Below, in pieces: positions 10,905 through 25,251 of a stretch of DNA of 64,000 nucleotides. The notes beneath the pieces are model-generated. The model saw only the letters and a list, made by a program, of their open reading frames with translations, ran no database searches and was not told the DNA's origin. A program made the translations under genes and the position numbers. How positions within the stretch are numbered: the first letter of the stretch is position 1; each line of letters begins with the position of its first letter. Where the stretch lies: the NCBI RefSeq assembly GCF_009914755.1, contig NC_060944.1; one strand, 5' to 3'. The stretch comes from the human T2T-CHM13v2.0 reference genome, Homo sapiens.

Positions 10905-11110
10905 CACAATTGAATTTGAATTAGTTGCCAGCATTTACATTTTAATTCTAAAAATCTGTATTTTCGACTTCGTTGGAAAGTCAGACTATCTGGCCAGGCT
11001 GGGCTGGGATCTGGTGGAGTTCAGTATTTTGGTTTCTGGTTAGGGAGGGTATTTGGGGTTTGCCCCTCCAGCATCTGTTCCAGTGTGAAGTGGGGGTGGA
11101 GGCCCAGGCT
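10905..11110. mobile_element. MER102-like hAT-Charlie fragment
   Basis: AATTTGAATTTAGTTGCCAGCATTTA...AAAAATCTGTATTTTCGACTTC...TATCTGGCCAGGCTGGGC. Confidence 0.55.
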
Positions 11111-11869
11111 CAGTGGGGGGATCTGCAGTGGCCAAGGGTCTTGGCTGTCTCCAGATGGCCGGATGGACCCTGCCCCCTCCTGCTTGGGGTGTGCTGGGGT
11201 TCTTTGCTGCCCCTCCTCCCAGCCCACAGCCTCTTGAACTCCACGGAGACCACCCCCATGTGAGGCTGGGAAGGGAAACCTGCCTTTGTAAGTGGAATCA
11301 GGTGAAATCGGGCTGTGACTGTGTCAGTCAGAAACTAAAAGGCCCTGTCACACCCGTGGCCAGGAAGACTGTCACCATGGTGGCATGCAAATGACAGAGA
11401 TGTGTGGGACAGCGTCTGCCAAGAGACGAGCCAGGTGAGGGCAGGTCGTCATGAAGGAGGGAGGTGGGGTCCTCCCCACAGAGCAGCGCCATCCCACAGA
11501 GAAACAGCCTCTGGGGAGGGACGCGTTCCAAGGAGGCCCCGTGCAGTGCAGAGTGGGTGGCTCGAGGCCTGAATGCCGGGCACTCGGAGCGGTCAGTGTC
11601 CCCGTGGGAGCAGGGCTGCTCGCAGCCAGGTGATTGGCGACCTTGGATGGTCAGCCCCTGTGTGCGTGTGAGGGGGTGGCCCTCTCCTCTGTCTCTTCTG
11701 AAGGCAGCAGTAAAGGAGGGAGGCCAAAGAGCTCAGTGTCAGACGAGCCTGGGTGCAGGTCCCACTGCCTGCCAGGCCAGTGCCTCTAAGCCTTAGTTTC
11801 CTCATCTGTATAGTGGGGTTAATCCCAACCATGTATACTGTCTGCCTGCCATGTGCCAAGCCCTTCTAA

Positions 11870-12010
11870 CACATCTTTGATTGCCTGAGGGCAGGGACTT
11901 TATTATCCACCTTTAGAGTTGAGAAAGAAGAGGCACAGAAAGGTTAAACCACTTACCGGGGGTCACACAGCTGCTATGGCAGAGTAAAGACTCCAGACTC
12001 AAATGGAGCA
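11870..12010 (-). mobile_element. MIR
   Basis: TTATTATCCACCTTTAGAG...GAGGCACAGAAAGGTTAAACCACTTACC...GGTCACACAGCT. Confidence 0.7.
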
Positions 12011-12695
12011 CTAAGCCCCGCCCTGGGCGCCAACAGGTGCTCCAGGAATGTCAGGTGCCATTTATCACCCTCATCACCTACTGGGAGCGCTCGTCCCATC
12101 ATGCAAACCCCGTGAGCGTGAAGTGAGGGGACACGTGCAGGATCGAGTGTACTGGCGGGTAATGAAAGTAATAACCACAGGATGATATTCACAACCCATA
12201 GTAGTGCTACCAACAGCCGCATCTGCCTGCTTCTCTGGGCCCAGGATTGCCTGCAAACTCCCAGGAACTGGTCCTAGGTGGGTCAGAAGAAGGGTCTGAC
12301 GTTATGGGAAGGAGCAGCTTGCCCAGCTCATGGCCTGTACTGTGCATTGGGAGTCCCTGCCCCCAACAGCTGTCCTCCAGGGCCTGCTCCCAGGTGGGCT
12401 CAAGAGGCCACAGAGCTAAGCAGCTTTAGGCCAGGGTTCTGCGGGTTACTGTGTGCCTGTGGGAGTGACACCCCCACCCCCAACCTTCCTGCCCTGCCAG
12501 CTGCTGGACACACAGCAGCTACAGGGCATGAACCCTGAGACCAGGACCTCTGCGGGTCCCATGGCACAGAGCCCCCTCCTCCCTGCCCGACTGAGAAGGA
12601 GGAGGCGCGCCTCAGGGTGAATCCTGCCCCCCCTCCCCCGCTCACTGCAGGATAAACGGCCTCTAGATCGAACACCTCACAACAGGATGTGTCTT

Positions 12696-12960
12696 AGCGT
12701 GGTTTATCAAATCACAGGCTGTGATGCATTAGTGGGTCTTGAAATCAATTTAGAGTGTCAAGCCCGGCATTGAAAATCTGCAATAGAACCAGAATAGACT
12801 AGGTCAGGAGGCATCAGAGCGCGTTGTGTGCAGCGAGGGTGAGTGTCGTTTGGGTAAACGTGCTGCGTATCTGTATAAATGGATGTGCTTGTGTGTGCTG
12901 GGTGGCAGTTTGCAATGTGTTTTTAGGTGGGTTGCACTAAAAACGTTAGAGAATCTCTGT
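12696..12960. mobile_element. MER112-like hAT-Charlie element
   Basis: CATTAGTGGGTCTTGAAATCAATTTAG...AATAGAA...GGTGGGTTGCACTAAAAACGTTAGAGAATCTCTG. Confidence 0.55.
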
Positions 12961-13459
12961 CTCACCGCCTTACGGTAACACAAAGGGGAATCACCTAGTA
13001 GTGATCATTTTCCTCAGAACCTTACATTTCCCTGATTTGAGACCGTTTATAAGACTGAGAAACAGGTCTAAGCTGGTGCCAAGAGTTTTGGTTACGTCAG
13101 GGATAAGGCTGTGGCTCTCTCATCCCACAGTCCATGCTGAGGGCTGGAGGGGAATTGAACTGCAGGATGAAGTGATGAACATGCAAGAAATGAGACCGGG
13201 AATGGGAGAGGCTTGCAAGGCAAACAGAGATGGGGAGAGGAAGGGACGTGGGTAGGGGTGGGTGACTGTGAGGGAGAGAAAGGGGGTGAGGGGTTATTTA
13301 TGAAGCTCTAGGAGCTGCCTTCCTAGAGTCCGTGCCACCTGGACTCAAACACTCATTGTCCATTCAATGACCCCTTGGAGCTTAAGAGCTCTGTTAGGAT
13401 CTGAAATGTGTCCAGCAGATCTTCGGAGCCATTGAATTTTCATCCCATGTGGGATCTGG

Positions 13460-13743
13460 ACACATATGCATGCAAACTAACATCCTTACACATATGCACA
13501 CACAGATACACATGCCCCCACACACTCATGCATCCACGTGCTCACACACAGATACACTCACACATATACATTCATGCACATGCATGCATACAATGCCCAC
13601 ACATATATGCACACTGATACACACTCACAGACACACTCATATGCACACACACACATAGACACACTTATATGTACGCTCACACACATGCTCACTCCTACAT
13701 GCACTCTCCCACACCCACACATGCCCACGCACTCACAGACACA
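13460..13743. repeat. Degenerate (CA)-rich simple repeat
   Basis: CACATATGCACACACAGATACACATG... about 280 bp. Confidence 0.9.
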
Positions 13744-14013
13744 GTGAGTCAGGTGTATTTAATACGCAGTTCGTGCCTATGCCTCCCCCAGATCCCCGTG
13801 TGACCTGCTCATTAGAGGAGGCCCGGAGTCCTTGGGGGAGCCCTGGTGTCCCGCCACCTGATCTCCATGACAACCCATCCCGACACCGGTTTGTGAGTGT
13901 GAAAGCTTCAGGGCCCACAGGACCTCCCACGTTAATTCATGGAGATCAGCTGTTCACTACTCAATGCTCCCAAGTTATGTGAGGCAGCGAGGCACAAAAT
14001 TGGCATCTGCTGT

Positions 14014-14015
<2 letters not shown>

Positions 14016-14048
<33 letters not shown>
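14016..14048. repeat. (TG)n microsatellite
   Basis: Pure TG run. Confidence 0.95.
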
Positions 14049-14056
<8 letters not shown>

Positions 14057-16879
14057 GGTGAGCTTGGTGCACAGGTAGGATGAGGTTTGGGGCAAAAGGG
14101 CATGAACGATACAGCCAATAGTAATTGGGTTACAGTTGTTGATTGCTTTCAAAGGACTTAACATAGAATATTCATCCCAAAGATATATTACATCTGGTGA
14201 ATTCTAGAGCATCTCACAGACAGAATGGGGGTAAAAGGAGAAACAACACACTTGCAAATTTGATGAAATTTCCCACATGGTCCTGAAATCGCTGGTGGAA
14301 TGGGGGATTGCAGTCCGGGTATGAGGCATTCGAGAGAATCTGAATGTGTCTCCCAAAGTGCTCCCCAGGGACTAGCACTGATCAGGCCGTGGAAAGCCCA
14401 AGGTCCCACATGACAGGTTCTGGGCTCTGCCTTCCTTGAACACAGGGGTGGAGGGGCTGGGGAGAGAGGCAGAGGCTGAGAATGGCTGGAGAAAATGGTC
14501 GGATTCGGTTCTTTTATCTGTAGCAGGGACTCAAACCCAGGGTGTCCTGGCTGCTGGAAGGTTGAACAATGCTGAGCCGTATTTCCACACATGGCTTCAC
14601 TGGCTGAAGCAGGGCTGTCCTGTGGCTGAGAACCCCTCTTCCAGCCCTGCATGGGTCCCCTGACCCCCAGGCCTGCAGGCATTCACATACCCCCCTGCAA
14701 AGCCCCCAACCCTCCTTGGGCAAGGACAGGCACAGCTTCAGGACATTGTCCTCCTGCCCTATGTGGGCAGAGTTGAGCCCCCAGAGCAGAGAGGGAGGCT
14801 CCCCAATACCCATCTCCCCGATAATGGCCAATGCGCCTCAAAGGGTCACTTCCAAAGAATGCCAGGTGGCAGGCACCAGGTTTTCGCATCTGATACGCTC
14901 CCATCCACTCCCTGGGGACCTAAGCAATCATCCTTTATAATCTCTGACGGGGAACAACTGGCCGTTGTCCTTTAATTAGCAGGGGACACACTAAGCTATG
15001 GTCTCCTGCAGGCTCCATAAACATCTGTGAAATCAGCCTGGTGACTCCAAGCTCGGTGCAGACTGCGGGGGCCCACAGAGGCCAAGGGGAGCCCCCGCCC
15101 CCGGTCTGGCTCTGAGAACAGCCTCCAGGAGAAACTGCCAAGCCACCGGGACTCATGGCAGCTGCTTAAACTGGCAAGTTCTTTCTTGCAAATTGAGATC
15201 CAGGCTGCGATCTGGGCTGGCTCTGCACATTCCAGCCACCTGTTTTACCTGCTGGTTGGAGCTGCCTTGGTACCTCTGAGGGCTGCTTGTGTGTGGGTGG
15301 GGGCTGCTTTTGAACACATGGCTGCCCCGTGGGCCGCGCCTTCTCCACTTCTTCTGGCCTTATAAAATGATGGTTATTGCAGGGAGGATGCAGGGCCAAG
15401 CATCCTCTTATGTAGCGCCGTGAGATGTGGGGTGTCCAGTGTCCCAGGAGAAATTCAAGCCTCATTTCCCTCTGAGACACTGGGATGGGGCCACGTGCAG
15501 CGTCTTAGTGCCTGGATCCCAAGTGTGTCGTCTGAGTCTGTGCATGAGGGGCCAGGGCCAGGCCTTAGGCTGTGTAGGACGGGATTGAAGCATGTTTGAT
15601 GGGAGGGCCCAGGTCACACCCACCAGGGGCCAGGAGTGCACAGATGTAGATGCCAATGCCAGCCCAAGTCACCCAAAATGGCGAAAGTGAGCTGCTGGGA
15701 AACCTTCGGGCCAGAGGCTGATGACGTGGAATCCTGGAGGGGACTGCCTGCTGCTCAGGGTAGAAGGGGACATTCTGATGTGGCACCCGTGACAGCCCTC
15801 CAGTGTTCCCGCCACCCAGACCCACTGTCCCTGGAGACCTGCAGAGGGAACCACTGCTGACGAGAAGGTGTCTCCGTCACTTGCTTTGTTTCCCCTTGGT
15901 CACTGCAAACACATGCTCACAGCCCTCGGGTGACAAGCCTCTTTCCGCCCCCTTCTGATGCCCCTGCTCTATGGGTGTTGTCACTGCTCCTGGCTTGCAG
16001 TGTCCTGTGTGGCTATGACAACCTGGGTTCCTCTCAGGGCCGGTGTCCCTCCTGCAGAAAGCTCACCCTGTCTCCTGGGCCCTGGCCCTGCTCCTGGACA
16101 GAGGAGGGAAGGACTGGGGTGGTGGCTGATGGATTCTCATGTCACCTCTTTCCCATATTCCCCTGGGCTCTTCCTTCAGAGCCTCCACCCTGCACCCTGA
16201 TGACTCACTGTGTCTCATGTAGGAAGCCCCCGGTGACATCTCATGCCCTGTACACAGGTCCCTACAGCCCGGGCCCCTCCTTAGCTCTGCTGCCTCTGGC
16301 GGAAACCCCACTTTCAGCCCTCCCCCTACTCCTTACATCTGGCAGGGATTGCAGGGGGCTTGTTGGAGGGAAGCCACATATGAGACTCACACGATGCACC
16401 AACGCCCACTGTGCAGACCGCACCCCATCTATTTTCTTCCGTCCCTTCTGCAGTCAACACAGCCCTGGCTCTGCATTCGGCCCTCTCTTCACGGGGCTGT
16501 GTCTGGGCAGATGGGGCTGGAAAACAACTCGCTGGGCCCAGCTGGGGTGTGTTGTGAATGTCACAGCCCGGCCTGTGCAACAGGAGGCTCCAGGATCCCT
16601 TTAGGGGTAGGGTAGGGGGCGGGAGAGTGCAGATTAAATGGGATGGGCAGGGGCAGGAAGGCAGCAGGGGTGATTAATTTTTCTAGAATCGTTGCCAGGC
16701 TACCTTTCAATTCCTTGTCTGTGGCCCAGGCCAAGGAAAGCGAATGTTCTGCTGCCAACCTGGCTTGTCTTTTAATCATACCCTTTGCTTGTCAGTTTAG
16801 ACACCCGGTATACTCTCATTGCTTTTTAGCAATCTTTGCAACTTGCTGGACTTTTCCACCCAAATAAGAATCATGTGTA

Positions 16880-17090
16880 CTGTGTGCCAGGCACTGTACT
16901 AAATGCATTAGCTATTTCAATCCTCACAATAGCCCTATGAGATGGGCACTATCATTATCCTTATTCTGTAGACGAAGAAATTGGCACAGAGAGGTTAATT
17001 AACTAGCCCAGAGTCACTCAGCCAGTGAGTGGCAGAACTGAGATTTGAACCTAGGCTGCTTGGCTTCAGGGTCTATGCTCTTAATCTCTC
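16880..17090 (-). mobile_element. MIR (near full core)
   Basis: TGTGCCAGGCACTGTACTAA...AATCCTCACAATAGCCCTATGAG...GGCACAGAGAGGTTAA...GATTTGAACCTAGG. Confidence 0.88.
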
Positions 17091-17662
17091 ACTGTAGGGG
17101 CTCTTAAGTGAGTCCTCAGCTTCCATGGCTTCAGTTGAAGGGACTTCTCTGTGGAGGCAGGGCCAGGAGGAAGTTTATCCATGGGTCCTACAGCAGCCAT
17201 CTAGAAGGATGGGATTGGTTGTGACTCAGACTCTACCCTTGCTGCTGCCTCTGCCAGGAGCTCTGTCCCCTGGCTCATCCCAGGATCTGCTCCTTCCCCC
17301 TCCTCAGGACTCAAATGCAGCATTGCAGAGGATGTTTGCTGAGCACCTGCTATCTGCCAGGCACTGTGTTAGATGTAGGGGATCTTGCAACAAACAGAAT
17401 TCCTGCTTTTATGGAGCACACATTCAGTAAGTGGAGAGGGATAAACAAATCAGTGAAAGGTATGCATGTCAGCTGCTAATCCATGCTACAGGGAGACATT
17501 CAGCAGGCTGGGGGATAGGAAGCTCCAGGTATGTGGGAGAGTGTGTTAGCTTCCTGTGGTTGCTGTGACAAATCACCACCAACTTGATAGCTTCAAACAA
17601 CACAGATGGACTCTGTCCTAGCTCTGGAGGTCAGGAGTCTGCCGTCTGTTTTACCGGGCTAA

Positions 17663-18222
<560 letters not shown>

Positions 18223-19619
18223 TGTATTTTCTTTTAAGCTCCTCATATTCCTGGGCTTGTAGCCCCTTCCTCCATCCTCAAGCACATGATTCCAGTCTCT
18301 GCCCTGTCATACAGCTCCTCTGACTCAGACCTTCCTGCCCTCCTCTTATAAGGACCCCTGTGATTACACTGGGCCCACCCAGGTCATCTAGAGTCATCTT
18401 TCTATCTCAAGATCCTTCACTTAACTACATCAGCAAAGCCCCTTTGCAATGGACATACACACAGGGCCCAGGGGTTTTAATGTGGACACATATGGGGGGC
18501 CCTTGTTCCACCCCCTACAGAAGGTGGTTGTTGATTTTCAGTAGGATGGTCAGGGAAGACCCTGCTGAGAAGCCACCATTTGAGCCAAGACTGGAGGAGC
18601 TGAGGCTGTGGGTCAGGATGACATCGAGGGTGGAGCCTTCCAGGCAAAAGAACAGTGAGTACAAAGCCGGCAACAAGTGTGCTGGCATGTTCCAGGAAAA
18701 CCAGGGAGGGAGCCACAGCTGCGGCCGAGTGAGGAGAGGAGCAGCAGGAGGTGAGGCCAGAGAAGCCTTGGGGGCAGAAGCTGCGGGCCTCATGGTTATC
18801 ATGAAGCTCCGGGTTTTACTCTGAGTACGCGGGAGCCATGGAGAGTTCTGAGCAGAGGAAGCACAGGACCTGACCTGGGTTTCACAGGCTTTCTCTGGCT
18901 GCTGTGTGGAAAATAGGTAAATAGGGCAAGCGTGGAAGAAGGGAGGCCTGTCGGGAAGCTTTTGCACAATGGCCCGGGTGAGAAAGAATCATGGCTTGGA
19001 GCAGATGCTGGGATGTGTCCCCCACATCCCCTTTCAGGAGCAGGCATGCATGCCCCACTGCCCAGGGGGTTGCCTGCTGAGAGCTCACAGCTGAGACCCT
19101 CCCCAGAAAATGCCCCTGGCTGACAGGAGCTGCTTTGCCCAGTCACCCTTCCTACGGTCCCTGCATCTCCAAAGACTGGTAGTAAACACAGGGGTCTAAA
19201 GGTCCAGCCCCTTGACTCGATTCATCACAGCTCTGAAGGGCCGTCTTCGCTGCAGACTTCCTCGAAGGATGGATTGCAAAGTCATGCGTAGAGTGTGCAG
19301 GGCTCAGGTGACTATCTATATGTCTGTCTATATTTTAGGATCCCTGTCTACATTAGCAATTTGTTTAAAAATATATTTCAAAATTCCTGTGCCCACGTGA
19401 GGTCTAGTGATTTATCCATGAAGGTATAGAATAACAGATAGAGAAGGGGTACTTATGTGGTTTGTTGTCCGACAGATCGTGTGAAAGTTTTTCGTCATGT
19501 CCAGGCACCACCTCTTCCTGGTCAGGCCCACGTTACATATGAGAACAATGGAACAAGTCAAAGGCAAAGCAACAAGTCCCCCTGTAAAAAACTATCAGTG
19601 TAACCGTCCACTTCCATAT

Positions 19620-20030
19620 CTGTCCAGTCAGTTAACAAATATTGACAGACCACCTTTAAACACAGGCTGCTGTGCTGGTGTCTGGGACACAGCAGTGAGT
19701 AAGAGCCATCTGATCTCATGACACTCTCAGGAAGTTCCAGTCTATGAGGATGGACAGCATGCAGGTCAACACATAAACATCATTCAGACTGTGAAAAATG
19801 CAATAAAGGACACAGATTGGGAGATGGGATAAAGAGTCATGGGGGTGGAGCTACTGTCTCATTTTGGGTGGTCTGGGAAGGCCTCTCTGAGGAAGTGACA
19901 TGTGGACAGAGTTCTGAAGAATAAGAAGGGGCTGCCATGGGTGATTTGAGGGAACAGCATGCTAGGTGGAGGGAATAGCAAGTGTAAAGGCCAGAGATCA
20001 GGAGGATCAAATATGAGGCCAGGGTATCCA
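19620..20030 (-). mobile_element. L2 fragment
   Basis: AACAAATATTGAC...GGGAAGGCCTCTCTGAGGAAGTGACATG...GGAATAGCAAGTGTAAAGGCC. Confidence 0.75.
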
Positions 20031-20101
20031 AGAAGTCAGGACAGTGCTAAGAGATGGGGATGCAGAGACACTGTGAGGTGAGATAGAAAGAGAAGGGAGT
20101 C

Positions 20102-20793
<692 letters not shown>

Positions 20794-21544
20794 TTATTTC
20801 AGTTAAAAAATTTTCTCTCCCCTTTGAGTCCAGCCTGACACTCAGGAGATGGGGAGAGCCTTCCTCTCACTCTGCCTCAGGAGGAGCTCGAACCTGCTCC
20901 CTTAAATCTCCATCAGCTCCGGCAAGCCCTTGGGCTCTGCTGGCTGTAACGCTGCTCCCTGTTTACCAGAGGCTTTTGCTGGCACATTAAATGTATCACT
21001 CATACCCTGAACTAGATCGAGCCACAGAAAGCTTTGATTCATGGAGCTGCTGGTCCCCGTTACCACAAGATATGCATTCTTTCTCTTTGTTAAGGAATTA
21101 AGGTGCCATATTGAAACTTTAATCTTTAAATACAGGTAAATAAAACATGATTACTCTACAGAAACAGGACCCCAAGGGAAATATGTGTTTAATAGCTCTA
21201 GCATTTGGGGCAATAATTTCCACATTCCATTCTGTTTGTATAATGTATTATACTTTCCAAAAATATTTTCTCATGCACCAGTTCATTTGTGCTCATTTAA
21301 TATGTGGAAGGTATTTACATGTTGCACATATTTATAGCAGTTTTCCCAACCAAGTAAAAAGAGAAAAAGGGAAAAGAAAAATAAAACGCCTGCAGGTCCT
21401 CAGTTGCATGTACTTTCTGGTCAGTACAATGAACTCACATTTGCATTCTTTCCTTGTCTCTTATTTCATCCTTTTCTTTCTCCATGGTGTGTGTTTAACA
21501 TTAACCATAAACCAGTTCTTCTCCTCTCTCTTTCACTCATAAAC

Positions 21545-22300
21545 ATGTAGGGGTGGGCAGCTTTTGCTCTTGTCCATCCAACATTCATTCCTCCTTCTAA
21601 TTGCACTGCCCTAATTTTATTCTCAGCAATGACCCCTCCCCTCTTCAATCCACGTGTGTGTGTTGACTTTACTAAGACCCCAGCCCTAGATTTGGTCTCA
21701 TGCCCCAGACCTGGACAATCAGTGTATTCTCTCTCTCCACCTCCACTTTCATTCTCTTAGGTCAGAGTGATTCCTGGGTGGCCAATGAAACTTTGGTTTG
21801 ATTTACTAGACTTTGGTTTGATTTACTAGAAAGAACACCTCTCTTTTTATTGGATTGGTTTCTGTAAGAGTGTAAGCAGGGCCACAGAGCAGAAACTTCT
21901 TGTTTGTGAAGGCACTGCACAGGAAAATAGAGCCTTGTAGACATCAGTCATTTGAGCGGCTGGATGCAGCCATGCCTGAAGCCATCACCCTTAGGGCAGG
22001 TTTTCTCAACCTTGAGACTATTGACAGTTTAAGCTGGGCATTTCTTTGTTGTAGAGACTGTCCTGAGCATTGCCAGATGTTTAACAACATCCCTGACCTC
22101 TACTCACCAGATGCCAGTAGCATGCCACCCTCCCACCCGCCACTCCCATCGTGACAACCAAAGATGTCTTCAGGTGTTGCCAAATGTCCCTGGGGAGAAA
22201 TTTCCTCCACTAAGAACCACCATCCTAGACTGCCCATAAGTTATGCAGGTCAATAATTATCCGTTTTGCTTATTTCTGCTTGAGTTTCTGTTCTTGTCTT
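21545..22300 (+). mobile_element. Old MLT1 (J/K-like) LTR interrupted by MER20
   Basis: CAACATTCATTCCTCCTTCT...GACCTGGACAATCAG...TGGATGCAGCCATGCCTGAAGCC...CTTGAGTTTCTG. Confidence 0.6.
21997..22221. mobile_element. MER20 hAT-Charlie MITE
   Basis: GGTTTTCTCAACCTTGAGACTATTGACA...AGATGCCAGTAGCA...GTGACAACCAAAGATGTCT...TGCCAAATGTCCCTGGGG...AGAACCAC. Confidence 0.9.
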
Positions 22301-22804
22301 CAAGGGGCTTTCTGCCCGAAGGAGAGCTGTACCTTTAGGATGGACCTTCCAAAGGAACTTTCTCTGAATTGCCCAGTGTGGATGGTGAGAGGGACAGTCT
22401 GCATTTGGTCAGGTCCATGAGGGAGAAATGTACCAGAGAGAAAGTGTTGAGTGAGCACTTGTTTATGAGGTCCTGAAGGATCAGGAGAGGAATTGATCCC
22501 CGTAGCCTCTCATGCTTAGGGAAGGCTTCCTGGAGGAGGTGAATCTTACAGGGTTCATAGGGGTAGTAAAGAGGGAGGACAGGTTTGTGTATGTGTATGT
22601 GTTGGGGGGAACCTGTGAGCATGAAACAGGATGGAATGGGGTGGGTGGGTTGGCAGGAGGTGCTGAGGAGATCATCTGGCCAAAGCCAAAGAGGGGTGTG
22701 TCAGGCAATCATTTGCACTGGGCTGACAGATGGGTCCAGAGTCAATGCCAAGCTAAATAAGTTAGAATTTAAACGTCCAAAACATATTTACCACCATCAC
22801 CATG

Positions 22805-23291
22805 TGTGGTAGAAAAAATGATGGTCCCTTAAAGATATTCATGTCCTCACGCCCAGAATCTGTGACTATGTTACACAGTGTGATAAACGGGACTTTGCAG
22901 AGGTGGCTAAGTGAGGGACCTTGGGATGGGGAGATGGTCCTGGATTATCTGGGGGAGATGAATGTAATCACAAGGGTCCTTGTAAGAAGGAGGCAGGAGG
23001 ACCCGGGTCAGAGGTAATGAGATGATGCGAGCAGGGCGAAAGAGGAGGAGGTATGAGGACGAAAGTGGAAGGGGGAGTGATGTCGTTGCTTCCTTAGGAG
23101 TGGGAAGAAGGGCCATGAGCAGTGTAATGTGGCAGCCTGCAGAAGCCAAAGCAGGAAAGTCAGCAGCTTCTCCCCCAGAGCCTCTGGAGGGATGCAGCCC
23201 TGTGGACCCCCAGATAATAAATTTGTGTGTGATTTTTCAAGCCACTAACTTTGTGGAAATTTGTTACAGTGGCAATAGGTAACTCATATAC
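22805..23291 (+). mobile_element. MLT1D-like solo LTR
   Basis: TGTGGTAG...AAAGATATTCATGTCCT...GATGGTCCTGGATTATCTGG...TGTAATCACAAGGGTCCTTGTAAG...TTTGTTACAGTGGCAATAGG. Confidence 0.88.
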
Positions 23292-23825
23292 TGTGCTTGC
23301 CCAATTAGCATGCAATTTGTATGTTATTACTTGATTTTTTTTTGTTTGAATTGACTCTATTTACTTTACTCCAAATGAAGATTTCACCCTCGGTGTTCAT
23401 ATCTGTGAAAACATGGGGTTGATGGCTGAGTATACATTTTTCCCCAAAATGAATGGAAATAAATACATGACTTAAACATGACTTTAAAAAACTTGTTTGT
23501 CCATGTTACGTGTGAAATCATCTAGTGTCTTGCTGGTGGTCTGGTCACATATACTTTGGACTCATTAGTGGGATAAGGAGAGTTGTGGAAGTCTTCTGAA
23601 CAGGGGAGGGAGGTGATGGAAAGTGCCACAGTCTTAGTAGACTCCATGTAGATGGAGTGCTTTGGATGTGTTGGCAAAGGGAACTACAGCCAGGGTCAGC
23701 GGGGAGGGGTTCCAATAGTTAGCAAGAAGACATGAGGTCCAAACTGTGGTGGAGGATGGGAATGAAAAAAGAGCAAAAGAGCCAATGGGAAACAAAGGAA
23801 GAATGATCAGGATCATTACTGATCA

Positions 23826-24262
23826 TGAAACTGACCCAATAGTCCCACAGAGAGTTTTTTTTTTATAAACATGGAAATTGGCCTTTCTGGTCTTAAAGCT
23901 TGAAACTTATATTTGTTTTATCTGAGTTCCTTCCTCAAGAAAGGATCCCTAGGCCTTCAAAAGTATCAGAGAACTGAAACTCACAGATTGCCACATGCAG
24001 ACAATGAAATACATTCAAGATGATTGTTTCTTTGCCCCTCCCTAACTCCTGTTTGCTTACTCATTGTTACATTTCTTCTCTGCTGTATAAAAACCCCTAG
24101 TTTTAGTTGATCAGGGAGATGGATTTGAGACTGAGCTCCCATCTCCTTGGCTGCAGCACCCGATTAAAGCCTTCTTCCTTGGCAATACTCATCATCTGAG
24201 TCATTGGCTTTCAGTGTGGCGAGCAGAAGGACCTAGACCAAACCCCTGGTGTTTTGGTAACA
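23826..24262 (+). mobile_element. ERV solo LTR (LTR47-like)
   Basis: TG...CA ends, TGAAACTGACCCAATAGTCCC start, TATAAA box, ATTAAAGCC poly-A signal; flanks ATCA/GTCA. Confidence 0.8.
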
Positions 24263-24843
24263 GTCAGGTTGCTGAAAGGTCCAAAACTAAGTCAGAAGGA
24301 ATTGCCAAGGAACAATGGGGCTGAAAGTGTCAGGAAGGATTGTCTGATGGCAAGCAACAGAACTCAACTTGGGCTGTACTCACAGAGGAGAATTGATCGG
24401 TAGGCTATTTGGCAGCTCAGAGAATCAAAAGAAAGGCAAGAAACCAGGTTTAGAAAAAGAATAAGAACCGAAACCATGTCAGGGCGTGGAGAGTAGGAAG
24501 TTATGGGCAGGCCCGGAAGGGCATCACTGGTCATATGAATAGTTCTTGGTTGTTTCTGTAGCCCGTGCTGCTTCTGTTAAGATCCAAGGTCCAGAGAGGG
24601 CTGGGACCTCCCAGCTGAGGTCTCATGCCTATTGTTTGGTGAGGGGAGGGCAGGGCACTTCAATTTACCATCTGCCTCAGACTTCACAACAGGGAAAGTT
24701 AATTCTCCAAAACAAAGTCTGAATGTCAAGCACAAGGTGAGGTAAGGCTGAGTCCTGAAAGATTTGGCCGATGAAGGAACAATGAGCCCTGTTTAGATTC
24801 AGCTGGCTTTTGACTTACCTAGAGTAGCCAAGGGTGGTAGTTC

Positions 24844-25251
24844 TAATATGGTCTGGATATTTGTCCCTGCCCAAATCTCGTGTTGAAATGTAATCCTCAA
24901 TGCTGGAGGTGGGGCCTGGTGGGAGGTGTTTGGATCATGGGGTCGGACCCCTCATGGCTTGGTGCTATCTTCATGATAGTGAGTTCTCATGGTATCTGGC
25001 ATTTAAAAGTGTGCGTCACCCACTCCCCCTACTCTCTCTCCCTCTTGTTCCTGCTTTTGCCATGTGGCATGTAGGCTCCTGCCTGGCCTTCCGCCATGAC
25101 TGTAAGCTTCCAGAGGCCTCCCAAGAAGCAGATGCTGGTGCTATTGCTTCCTATACAGCCTGTAGAGCCACGCACCAATTAAACCTTTTTGCTTTATAAA
25201 TTACCTAGTCTCAAGTATTCGTTTATAACAATGCAAGAGCAGCCTAATGCA
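24844..25251 (+). mobile_element. MSTA/MSTB solo LTR
   Basis: TAATATGGTCTGGATATTTGTCCC...GAGGTGGGGCCTGGTGGGAGGTG...CAATTAAACC...CCTAATGCA; TSD AGTTC/AGCTC. Confidence 0.9.

Noticed and set aside
15620-15633. CTCF-like CCACCAGGGGCCAG
   Set aside because: Lacks one G of the core GGGGGC; a weak match without other support.
15930-16604. 224-aa ORF with a hydrophobic N-terminus
   Set aside because: Non-ATG start, no recognisable domain, GC-rich chance ORF with no supported exon structure.
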